Shown piece by piece: positions 28,901-36,236 of a stretch of 64,000 nucleotides of DNA. Under the pieces are notes generated by a model, which did no database searches, was not told where the DNA came from, and saw only the letters and a list, made by a program, of their open reading frames with translations. Source of the stretch: Candidatus Omnitrophota bacterium (GTDB lineage Bacteria > Omnitrophota > Gorgyraeia > Zapsychrales > JAHFFX01); contig JAHFFW010000010.1 of NCBI GenBank assembly GCA_023247725.1, forward strand, positions 7,734 to 71,733, in the 5' to 3' direction. A program made the translations under genes and the position numbers. Every line of letters starts with the position of its first letter. The stretch's first letter is position 1.

Positions 28901-29322
28901 GCGCGTCCAATACCCCTACAGTCCAGCGCATGGAAGAACATCATCAGTTAGTTCAGAAAGGCGTTGAGCTGATTGTCGCAGAAGAAAAGTCTGTCGGTGG
29001 CCAGTTAGGACGTCCATCGGGTGCGCGTTTCCGGACATACGAGCGTTTGAAACGATATGTAGAGGAAGTAAAAGGCACTCTTTTCGAATCCCAAGAACTA
29101 CTCAAAGCTATTGAGGAAATATACCGCTATCCCCTGCGGTCGACTGCCCTAGACACCCTCAACCGTCAATTAAGAAGCGGTATATCTGATCAGACATTGG
29201 CGGAATTGGTCGTGGCCCTCCGTGATGAAGGCCGATTGTGTATTATTAATGAGGAAGAGCAGGTTCACGAACCGCAGATTATCTGTTCTCTTGGGCTCGT
29301 TTCTAAGCGGGAGGCCAAGTAA
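25945..29322 (+). CDS. fused PLD-family (HKD) nuclease + SNF2-family helicase
   Basis: N-terminal HAKLYLL.....LGSSNLT (HxK...GSxN HKD motif). Then SNF2 motifs GDVVGLGKTLMA (I), VIIDESHNLRN (II, DExH), LLSATPYNK (III), QRVGRVDRIGQ (VI). 1125 aa. Confidence 0.85.
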   Translation: MPRIFDNIDLDLLTALKETLNVSNRADFCVGYFNLRGWRQIDSYIERWAGGEGKCCRLLVGMSKLPQDELREALSLVKNEEGIDNQTALRLKKKLAEEFRNQLAWGIPTNEDEVGLRRLASQIKAQKVVVKLFLRHPLHAKLYLLFRPDPINPTVSYLGSSNLTFAGLSKQGELNIDVLDHDACQKLSRWFEDRWDDHRCIDISKELADIIDESWAREEQPIPYYIYLKMAYHLSQEARVGLSEFKIPKEFGQKLFEFQTAAVKIAAHHINKRGGVLIGDVVGLGKTLMATAVARIFEDDHGLETLVICPKNLVPMWEDYREQYRLHAKVLSINRAARELPSLRRYRLVIIDESHNLRNREGKRYRAIQEYLQENESKVILLSATPYNKTYLDLSNQLRLLVSADSDIGIRPERKLREMGETEFIRQHQCSVRSLAAFEKSEYADDWRELMRLYLVRRTRTFIQDNYAETDPTNGRKFLTFEDGTRSYFPTRIPKTVPFHIDDHNPSDQYAQLYAPDVVDIINHLNLPRYGLGNYVAATPHKPPTATEQKILQDLSRAGRRLMGFSRTNLFKRLESSGHAFLQSAERHILRNFIFLHAIENDQPIPIGTQDAEILDTRFSDEDKTVELFNDNDDDGEVAEETTSLRSEKDFKNRASEVYSEYFKLHKHRFKWLPPEFFVKSLANDLRADIDTLMRILNKCKQWDPAKDAKLDALYDLLIKKYPNDKVLIFTQFADTVRYLEKQLTDRKVAKLAGVTGDSSNPTALAWRFSPISNNKQEYIKPADELRVLIATDILSEGQNLQDCSVVVNFDLPWAIIRLIQRVGRVDRIGQKAEKILCYSFLPAEGVEQIINLRNRVRQRLSENAEVVGTDEAFFEDDRDDRRVLDLYHEKSGILDGDADSEVDLASYAYQIWKNAITENPELQKVIPELPDVVYSTKPIKPTEKEPEGVLVYLRTAEGNDALTWVSKDGKSVTESQLTILKAAECASNTPTVQRMEEHHQLVQKGVELIVAEEKSVGGQLGRPSGARFRTYERLKRYVEEVKGTLFESQELLKAIEEIYRYPLRSTALDTLNRQLRSGISDQTLAELVVALRDEGRLCIINEEEQVHEPQIICSLGLVSKREAK

Positions 29323-29325
29323 ACT

Positions 29326-32300
29326 ATGCCCGTTGCCGTCGTCAATTGCAGGAATTACCTGAGGAATTTTGATCTAAATTCATTGTTTATCGAACAACTG
29401 GGCTGGGACATTCATGCCCAAACGTTGGAAGTCGCTGTTGACGGGAAAAATTTTATTTTAAATGCTGTAGCTCAAAAACGAGGCATGGCCGCATTTGTCC
29501 TTAATGGCCGCATTCCTGATTATTCCACGCGACGCAAAATTGAGCGTCAGGTAGCTAAGTCCGCCCATGAACACCTGATCATTTTTACTGATCCTGATCA
29601 GACAGTCCAAACATGGCAGTGGGTAAAGCGCGAGGCCGGGAAGCCAATCGCCTGCAGAGAGCATATTTATCACCGCAACCAATCCGGAGACGGGCTGATT
29701 CAGAAACTTCAAGCGATTGCCATTAGCATTGAAGAGGAAGAAAGCTTAACGCTTCCTCAAGTCGTTAACCGTGCGCGGACAGCCTTTGATGTCGAACGTG
29801 TCACTAAACGCTTCTATGATTGCTTCAAAACCGAACATGATGCTTTCTTCCGATTTATCAAAGGGATTCCTGATGATGAACTGCACCGCTGGTATGCTTC
29901 CGTTATGCTCAACCGGCTGATGTTCATCTATTTCATTCAAAAAAAAGGCTTCCTCGATGGTGATACTAATTACCTTCAGACGAAATTGATGCAAGCTAAG
30001 CAGCGGGGCAAAGATTGTTTCTATCGCGAACAGCTCTGCCCGCTATTCTTTGAGGGTTTCGCCAAAAAGCCCTCCCAGCGATCAGCCTCAAGTAACAAAC
30101 TTTTGGGCAAAGTGCCTTATCTAAACGGCGGGATCTTTCAACGTCATCAAATTGAAGAGCTTCATGGAAAACAAATTCAGATTTCCGATGCCGCCTTCGA
30201 GAAATTATTCAGTTTCTTTGAACAATACCACTGGCATTTGGACGAACGCCCGCTTCGCTCCGATAATGAAATCAACCCGGATGTTCTTGGTTACATTTTC
30301 GAAAAATACATCAACCAGAAGCAGATGGGGGCGTATTACACCAAAGAAGATATCACGGGCTACATCAGCAAATACACGATCAGTCCGTTCCTCTTCGAGG
30401 CGGCCCGCGGCAAATGCAAAGTGGCTTTTGAAAACCCTAAGGGACCTACTATCTGGGATTTGCTTAAAACCGATCCGGATCGTTATATCTATAATGCTGT
30501 CAAAAAAGGGATGAATCTGCCCCTGCCTCCGGAAATCGCGGCCGGGGTTAAGGACGTTGCCAAGCGCACCGAATGGAACAAACAAGCGTCCGAAGAATAT
30601 GCCCTTCCACCCGAAATTTGGCGCGAAGTCATTGAGCGGCGCAAACGCTATGAAGAAGTTAAAAGGAAACTAACCACAGGAGAAATCAAGGATATCAACG
30701 ATCTCATCACCTATAACCTCGACATTCGCCAGTTTGCCCAGGATGTCATAGAAAATTGTGAAGGCCCGGAATTGCTCCGTGCCTTTTGGCATGGTATTGA
30801 ACCAATTACCGTGCTCGACCCGACCTGCGGCAGCGGGGCGTTTTTGTTTGCCGCCGTGAACATTCTTGAGCCGCTTTACGAAGCCTGCCTTGACCGGATG
30901 GAGATGTTTGTTGAAGAGATGGAGTGTTCTGCTCAAAAACACCGCCCTGAGAAATTTTCCGATTTTCGCAAAATCCTAGAGCGTGTTGCTCAGCATCCCA
31001 ATCGCAGATATTTTATTTTCAAATCTATCATCGTCAATAACCTTTACGGTGTGGATATTATGGAAGAGGCTGTCGAAATCTGCAAGTTGCGCCTGTTTCT
31101 CAAGCTTGTTGCGCAGATTGACCGTGAAGAGCAAATCGAACCGTTGCCCGACATCGACTTCAATATCCGGGCCGGTAATACACTGATTGGCTATGCCACT
31201 TACGAGGAGATGAAAAGCGCCATTACAAGCCGGCTTGATTTTGATAATGCCTTGGATCGTATTGAAAAAAGGGCTCAGGATGTGGATCGACTGTTTAGTT
31301 TATTTCGTCAACAACAGACTGAATTAGGTGGCGAGGTCGCAGCTGAAGATAAACAGGTTTTACGAGATCGCCTTAAATCTCTTGAAGATGAACTCAATCA
31401 GTACCTCGCCAACGAATACGGCGTGGATACCAAGAAGCACGGTCCTTACGAACAATGGCTGAAAACGCATCATCCGTTTCATTGGTTTATCGAATTTTAC
31501 GGCATCATGAAGAAAGGCGGGTTCAATGTCATAATCGGTAACCCGCCATACCTTGAATTACGCGAAGTACGGTATACTCCCCAAAATTTTAAATGTGGGA
31601 ATAGTGGGGCAATCCATGCGATGTGTATCGAACGCAGTGTGCAGTTACTCCATCGACAGGGATGCATGAGCATGATTGTTCCATTGTCCTTGGTCTCAAC
31701 ACAACGAATGCAGATCGTTCAGGAAGTTCTAGAAACTAAACGAAACGCTTGGTATTCAAATTACTCGTGGCGCCCGGGTAAGCTTTTCGATACAGTTAAC
31801 CGCGCCCTGACTATCTTCGCTAGCACGCCATCAGAAAAAGGTAGAACATTCTCGACTAACTATCAGAAATGGACATCTGATAGTCGTGATTTACTTATGT
31901 TAAAACTCAACTTCATTGAAATCTTTCGACCGCGACCGGCTTGTTGGATTCCCAAACTTGGTAATGAGATAGAACCTTCAATTTTAAAGAAATGTTTACA
32001 AGTAAAAGTCCCATTAGGCAGTTTTATCCGAAATAATAATTACAGGATTTACTATCGCACCACTGGAGGCCTCTATTGGAAAGTATTTACAGATTTTCCA
32101 CCCGCATTCAAAGTTAATGGAAAGGTCGGTCACTCCAGTCGAGAAACTAAGTTTTCGTTAACCGACGCAAGATTTGTTTTTCCTGTCATAGCTGTTTTAA
32201 GCAGCGATCTGTTTTGGTGGTGGTACACTATCACAACTAATTGTCGTGATCTTAACCCTTATGATATACAGAATTTTCCTATTCCTGAATCTGCGATAAC

Positions 32301-32562
32301 TGACGCAGCGCTGTCAAGCTTAGGAGAAAAATACCTGAAAGATATTAAGCAAAATAGCATCATGCTGGTTCGTGTTCAAAGACAAACTGGCAGGACTCAA
32401 ACTCAGTCGTTTAAAATCCAAAAGACTAAGGCGATCATCGATGAAATTGACCAAGTGATAGCTAATCATTATAGGCTTAATCAAGAAGAGATAGACTTTA
32501 TCACAAATTATGACATCAAGTACCGCTTAGGTTTCGATGATGAAGATAACGATGAAGAATAG
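29326..32562 (+). CDS. MmeI/PglX-family (type IIG / BREX-like) N6-adenine DNA methyltransferase
   Basis: KVPYLNGGIFQ...LGYIFEKYINQKQMGAYYTKEDITGYI parallels MmeI (FPYINGKLFE...IFGSLFQSI...LGAHYTSEANI). Motif I VLDPTCGSGAFLFAAV and motif IV VIIGNPPYLE (NPPY). The N-terminal ~100 aa contain a possible degenerate PD-(D/E)xK (IIFTD...QWVK). ~1078 aa with a long C-terminal TRD-like region. Confidence 0.85.
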   Translation: MPVAVVNCRNYLRNFDLNSLFIEQLGWDIHAQTLEVAVDGKNFILNAVAQKRGMAAFVLNGRIPDYSTRRKIERQVAKSAHEHLIIFTDPDQTVQTWQWVKREAGKPIACREHIYHRNQSGDGLIQKLQAIAISIEEEESLTLPQVVNRARTAFDVERVTKRFYDCFKTEHDAFFRFIKGIPDDELHRWYASVMLNRLMFIYFIQKKGFLDGDTNYLQTKLMQAKQRGKDCFYREQLCPLFFEGFAKKPSQRSASSNKLLGKVPYLNGGIFQRHQIEELHGKQIQISDAAFEKLFSFFEQYHWHLDERPLRSDNEINPDVLGYIFEKYINQKQMGAYYTKEDITGYISKYTISPFLFEAARGKCKVAFENPKGPTIWDLLKTDPDRYIYNAVKKGMNLPLPPEIAAGVKDVAKRTEWNKQASEEYALPPEIWREVIERRKRYEEVKRKLTTGEIKDINDLITYNLDIRQFAQDVIENCEGPELLRAFWHGIEPITVLDPTCGSGAFLFAAVNILEPLYEACLDRMEMFVEEMECSAQKHRPEKFSDFRKILERVAQHPNRRYFIFKSIIVNNLYGVDIMEEAVEICKLRLFLKLVAQIDREEQIEPLPDIDFNIRAGNTLIGYATYEEMKSAITSRLDFDNALDRIEKRAQDVDRLFSLFRQQQTELGGEVAAEDKQVLRDRLKSLEDELNQYLANEYGVDTKKHGPYEQWLKTHHPFHWFIEFYGIMKKGGFNVIIGNPPYLELREVRYTPQNFKCGNSGAIHAMCIERSVQLLHRQGCMSMIVPLSLVSTQRMQIVQEVLETKRNAWYSNYSWRPGKLFDTVNRALTIFASTPSEKGRTFSTNYQKWTSDSRDLLMLKLNFIEIFRPRPACWIPKLGNEIEPSILKKCLQVKVPLGSFIRNNNYRIYYRTTGGLYWKVFTDFPPAFKVNGKVGHSSRETKFSLTDARFVFPVIAVLSSDLFWWWYTITTNCRDLNPYDIQNFPIPESAITDAALSSLGEKYLKDIKQNSIMLVRVQRQTGRTQTQSFKIQKTKAIIDEIDQVIANHYRLNQEEIDFITNYDIKYRLGFDDEDNDEE

Positions 32563-33151
32563 AACTCCTGCGGATATGGAAACTCGTGAAGTTTCAAGAG
32601 GCCATCACGATTATCCGAATCAACTCATTCGTTGTTTTGAGAATAGATCGCCTTTAATTATCACTATGCAAGGCAACATTTCGATTTTTCGAAATGATAA
32701 ATTGGCCCTCTTTTGTTCGGTCAAATGTCCCGGCAAGGTCATCATTACGCTTTATGACTATATGCAAGCTTTGTGTGAGCAAGGCCAAACGGTCATCAGC
32801 GGTTTTCATTCACCCTTGGAGAAAGAATGCCTCCGCATTCTGCTCCGCGGCCGACAACCAGTTATTATCTGCCCGGCTCGAGCTATTCAAAATATGCGCT
32901 TGCCGGAGGACTGGAAGAAACCGCTTCAAGAAGGCCAACTGCTTTTGATATCGCCTTTCAAGGGAAACCAACGTCGGGTTACTATAGATCATGCTCAACA
33001 ACGAAATGAATTTGTCGCAGCCCTAGCGGACAGGATATTGATTCCCTATTCGTTCCCTGGTGGACGAACGGAAAAACTGCTTGAAAAGATTTCGCGCTGG
33101 AATAAACCCATTCTAACAGATATCGGATCAACCATGCAGTTTGCAAGATAA
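32537..33151 (+). CDS. DprA/Smf-like Rossmann-fold (SLOG) protein
   Basis: YPNQLIRCFENRSPLIITMQGN...LALFCSVKCPG...VISGFHSPLEKECLRILLRG...VIICPA...LLLISPF....RNEFVAALADRILI matches the DprA core (YP.LL..i.dpP.vLy.rG...vAiVGSRk.s...SGlA.GID..aH..aL..gG.tiaVl..gl...vvSE.....RNriiagLs..vlvve). The start overlaps the MTase stop (translational coupling). Confidence 0.65.
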   Translation: MMKITMKNRTPADMETREVSRGHHDYPNQLIRCFENRSPLIITMQGNISIFRNDKLALFCSVKCPGKVIITLYDYMQALCEQGQTVISGFHSPLEKECLRILLRGRQPVIICPARAIQNMRLPEDWKKPLQEGQLLLISPFKGNQRRVTIDHAQQRNEFVAALADRILIPYSFPGGRTEKLLEKISRWNKPILTDIGSTMQFAR

Positions 33152-33235
33152 ATAGTGACAGCGACCATTAGCCGAGATTGAAATGGTCGAGAATTTCGAT
33201 TAATAAAAAACTAAGAGATTTTCAATATTTATGAC

Positions 33236-33270
33236 GGCAAGGCCTAAGATTGGTTTTGCCATTTTTTATT
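33236..33270 (+). terminator. weak terminator-like hairpin after the MTase/DprA-like operon
   Basis: GGCAA-(15 nt)-TTGCC followed by ATTTTTTATTTATT. A second hairpin CGACCATT-N12-AATGGTCG lies at 33162-33189. Confidence 0.3.
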
Positions 33271-33305
33271 TATTGGGATCTGTTTTTGCTCGTTAAAGAT
33301 TTTCA

Positions 33306-33334
33306 TTGACAAAAATAAAGTCAATTGATATAGT
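33306..33334 (+). promoter_or_regulatory. strong sigma70-like promoter (TTGACA-17-TATAGT) driving the Ubl-conjugation operon
   Basis: ttgaca aaaataaagtcaattga tatagt lies ~40 nt upstream of the first ORF of the operon. Flanked by two CAATTG palindromes, a possible operator. Confidence 0.55.
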
Positions 33335-33375
33335 ATGTGCAATTGTAACAGTTTAATTGAATATGGAGGTGTGAA

Positions 33376-33549
33376 ATGGTCGCAAAACCAACGATTCAGG
33401 AGCTAGAGGCTCTTTTAAATAGTGAAGAGGAGACGCCTATGCAAATTCTTCCTAATGGGGAAATCAGAGCCGTTGGGCAGACAAATCCTGCTGATCTTGC
33501 AGGGAAGAAGCCAATAACCATGAAAGAAGATTTAGGTGGAGAATATTGA
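33376..33549 (+). CDS. 57-aa ORF ending ...KEDLGGEY; candidate ubiquitin-like/Pup-like modifier or conjugation substrate
   Basis: Not in the ORF track because it is under 60 aa. RBS GGAGGTG 6 nt upstream of ATG 33376. The stop overlaps the start region of the E2 gene. Translation: MVAKPTIQELEALLNSEEETPMQILPNGEIRAVGQTNPADLAGKKPITMKEDLGGEY. It is the first gene after the strong promoter. The di-Gly lies 2 residues from the C-terminus, in an operon that encodes E1, E2 and a JAB peptidase. Confidence 0.4.
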   Translation: MVAKPTIQELEALLNSEEETPMQILPNGEIRAVGQTNPADLAGKKPITMKEDLGGEY

Positions 33550-33551
33550 TT

Positions 33552-33926
33552 ATGGATACTGGTCGTATTCAAAGAGAATTTTTAGAAGCCCAAAGAGCCT
33601 TTTCCTACATTGAGCTTCACCCTACTATCGATGGCAAGGTGTACGTAAAGACAGCGCTCCAAGCTTCAAATCAAATGTATATTCTATCCATTAAGTTCCC
33701 AGATGGTTATCCGAACGAGATGCCAAGAGTATTTGTTGATACCCCAGCCATAACGACTGCTCCACACAGATATCAAAATGGCCATATCTGTTATCTTCAC
33801 CCTACGATGTGGAATCCAGGAATTCACAATATTTCTTTTGTAATTGCGCGGGCAGCAAAATGGTTAAACAAATATGAGATTTGGAAACGTCAAGGTCAGT
33901 GGCCCGGTGCGGAGATTAAACACTAA
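33552..33926 (+). CDS. E2-like ubiquitin-conjugating enzyme (UBC fold, catalytic Cys)
   Basis: FPDGYPNEMPRVFV.....PHRYQNGHICYLHPTMWNPG matches the UBC core (..P..PP.v.F.t.i.HPN....G.ICLdiL...WsP). Start taken at ATG 33552 (MDTGRIQ) with GGTGGAG as RBS. Confidence 0.65.
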   Translation: MDTGRIQREFLEAQRAFSYIELHPTIDGKVYVKTALQASNQMYILSIKFPDGYPNEMPRVFVDTPAITTAPHRYQNGHICYLHPTMWNPGIHNISFVIARAAKWLNKYEIWKRQGQWPGAEIKH

Positions 33927-33938
33927 GAGAAGGTAACT

Positions 33939-34472
33939 ATGAAAATAGATTTTAAAACTTTAAAAATGATGGAATTGAGAAGTTCTCCTGGAGAGGTTTT
34001 AGATCGGGTAGCCAGAGATGGGGAGGTATTTGTCATTGAGAGAAATGGTCAGCCCAAAGCATGCCTTGTTCCGGTTTCTTTTCTTCTGCCTGATATTTCT
34101 CCAGAAAGGATAACGGAGGAGTTAAATAAACTTCGCGATAAAAAGGAAAATTATAAATTAACGATTAATGATCATAAGGAACTTGAGATTAAATTTCAGG
34201 AGAGTGCTGCTGGCGAAAATATTGTAATCAGTATCGTGCTGCCACACGGGTATCCCAACGCTGCTCCCAGAATTGACGCACAGGGTATTCCAGAAAACAC
34301 GCCCCATCGATGGCAAGATGGGTCTTTATCGATTTTTGGAACCATAGCAACGTGGAATACCAAGAGTCACGATATCATTTACGCATTAATTGTAGCCAGA
34401 AGTTGGCTTAAGCAATACGCGAAATGGCGAAAAACTGGTGAATGGCCAAAAGATTTGCAGGACGGATCATGA
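33939..34472 (+). CDS. Phd/YefM-like N-terminal domain fused to a catalytically inactive E2 variant (UEV-like)
   Basis: N-terminus LKMMELRSSPGEVLDRVARDGEVFVIERNGQPKACLVPVSFL matches the Phd/YefM antitoxin fold pattern. C-terminus LPHGYPNAAPRIDA....PHRWQDGSLSIFGTIATWN is paralogous to the upstream E2, but the active-site Cys is replaced by Ser. Confidence 0.55.
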   Translation: MKIDFKTLKMMELRSSPGEVLDRVARDGEVFVIERNGQPKACLVPVSFLLPDISPERITEELNKLRDKKENYKLTINDHKELEIKFQESAAGENIVISIVLPHGYPNAAPRIDAQGIPENTPHRWQDGSLSIFGTIATWNTKSHDIIYALIVARSWLKQYAKWRKTGEWPKDLQDGS

Positions 34473-35323
34473 AAAAAGATCAAACATTCGAGAGAATTGA
34501 CTCCCTTTTTGATATTCAACTTTTGGCACCTGTCCGGGTGCTATTCGCTGGCTGTGGCTCCGGTGGAGGAAGTGTAGCTCTCCAACTTGTCATGTCGGGA
34601 ATTCGTAATTTTACACTTTTAGATCGGGATATCCTTGGAGCAGAAAATGTTATTAGGCATGTTTGCGGAAGAAGTTTTATAGGGAAAAAGAAAGTCGATG
34701 CCTTAACGGAAATTTTACAGGACAGGAATCCAAATATCGATGTCAAAAAGATAGAAGCGGACATAATGAATTTTTCGGATATTGAATCAGAAATTTGCGG
34801 ATCTGATGTTGTTGTTTTGGCGACGGACAACGAACCATCCCGTTATAAAATTAATGAAATTTGCGTAAAAAATGAAATTCCTTTTGTCGTGGGACGGGTT
34901 TTTACCAGAGGTATTGGAGGCGAGGTCTTTAGTTATCGACCTGACTCTGGGGGATGTTTGGCTTGTCTTGAATCTTTTTTGCAGCGTACTTCATATAGAG
35001 AAGGGATAAGGGAGATAGATCTTGTTTCTGAGGAAGAGCGGGAGAAAATTTATGGTATGGAAATTTCAGAAATAAAAGACTCCCCCGGTCTGGCGGTGGA
35101 TATTTCCTTTATTACTTCTTTCCATACAAGGTTTGTATTGGACGCTATTGCGCGGCGTTTGAAAGATCGGCCTAAGTATTTGAATTTGATAGATGAAAAT
35201 TATTTAGTTTGGGGGAACCGGCCGGTGCATCCGTTTAAGAAACATTTTCAGTTGCAAAGATTTAATTTAGATCGTCAGGAGAGTTGCGCACTATGCTCGG
35301 AGAGGAATGTGGCCGATGTTTAA
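34469..35323 (+). CDS. E1-like ubiquitin-activating enzyme (ThiF/MoeB family)
   Basis: VLFAGCGSGGGSVALQLVMSGIRNFTLLDRDILGAENVIRH (Rossmann GxGxxG + D.D.v..sNl.RQ) and two CxxC pairs (GGCLACLE...CALCSE). ATG 34469 overlaps the upstream stop (ATGA). Confidence 0.8.
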   Translation: MKKDQTFERIDSLFDIQLLAPVRVLFAGCGSGGGSVALQLVMSGIRNFTLLDRDILGAENVIRHVCGRSFIGKKKVDALTEILQDRNPNIDVKKIEADIMNFSDIESEICGSDVVVLATDNEPSRYKINEICVKNEIPFVVGRVFTRGIGGEVFSYRPDSGGCLACLESFLQRTSYREGIREIDLVSEEEREKIYGMEISEIKDSPGLAVDISFITSFHTRFVLDAIARRLKDRPKYLNLIDENYLVWGNRPVHPFKKHFQLQRFNLDRQESCALCSERNVADV

Positions 35324-36236
35324 ATCAAAAAAGCCAGAGGTTAATATTTATATTCCGAAATCAGCACTTGGTGTGATTTATGATGAATGTGATCAGTATG
35401 ACCTTGATGAAACAGGCGGCAGGCTCATTGGAAATTATAAAAAAAATGGTAATAAATATACAATTGAGGTCTCAGGGATTATAGAACCCGGCCCAAAAGC
35501 GACAAGGACAGCAACGAGCTTTTTTCAGGACGGAGAATATCAGGAGAAGATTTTTAGATCAGTTGAAGAAAAACATCCCGACGTTGAACATCTGGGAAGT
35601 TGGCACACACATCACGTTAATGGCCTTGATACTTTGAGTTCTGGTGATAGGGCTACTTACCAGAGGATTGTCAATCACCATATGCATAATACGGATTTTT
35701 TCTATGCGCTTTTAGTTGTTGAAAAGAAAACCGGCGGGCAACAAAGGTATACGATCAAACATTATTTCTTGCGTCGCAAAGATTCGGCGATTTATGAAAT
35801 TCCGGACTCACAGGTTCACATTATAGATAAGCCCCTCATTTGGCCGTTCAGCGGCGCAAATAATTATTTACCGTCGTCTATACCTAAGGCTGTGGAGGTC
35901 AAAAGCAACTCCAATCAGGAACGTGTCAAAGATCAAGAATTTTTCGCTGAATTTTATTCCGGCTTTAAGCCTTTATTCTCAAAGAACACGAATGCCTTTT
36001 ATTGGAAAGGTAAATTGAATCTTGTTGATAACACCTTTTTAGACGTGGTGGTTATAGAAAATCAGGATGATCATGGATGGGCCTATTCGATCGCTGTTGC
36101 TGATCAGATCCCATCAATATCCAATATTTTGACAAGTTACAAAGATCGTACCTTTAAATCTGCAAGGCTTGCCGTGTTTAATATAGAGAGAAACATCAAT
36201 CAAGGAATTTATCTTAAAAAGGAATCAAATGTATGA
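35307..36236 (+). CDS. JAB/JAMM (MPN+) metallopeptidase, deubiquitinase-like
   Basis: ETGGRLIG ... HLGSWHTHHVNGLDTLSSGD fits the JAMM motif E...H(S/T)H-x7/8-S-x2-D. Confidence 0.8.
   Translation: MWPMFKSKKPEVNIYIPKSALGVIYDECDQYDLDETGGRLIGNYKKNGNKYTIEVSGIIEPGPKATRTATSFFQDGEYQEKIFRSVEEKHPDVEHLGSWHTHHVNGLDTLSSGDRATYQRIVNHHMHNTDFFYALLVVEKKTGGQQRYTIKHYFLRRKDSAIYEIPDSQVHIIDKPLIWPFSGANNYLPSSIPKAVEVKSNSNQERVKDQEFFAEFYSGFKPLFSKNTNAFYWKGKLNLVDNTFLDVVVIENQDDHGWAYSIAVADQIPSISNILTSYKDRTFKSARLAVFNIERNINQGIYLKKESNV

Noticed and set aside
25945-33151. Classifying the PLD-SNF2/MTase/DprA-like block as BREX or DISARM
   Set aside because: BREX needs PglZ and BrxC. DISARM needs DrmA and DrmB. None of these is present in or around the module, so only the MTase and helicase/PLD components are shared.
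33376-33549. Calling the 57-aa GGEY protein a Pup homologue
   Set aside because: Pupylation uses a PafA/Dop glutamine-synthetase-like ligase. Neither is present here, whereas E1, E2 and JAB are. The GG-E ending is noted only as a superficial similarity.
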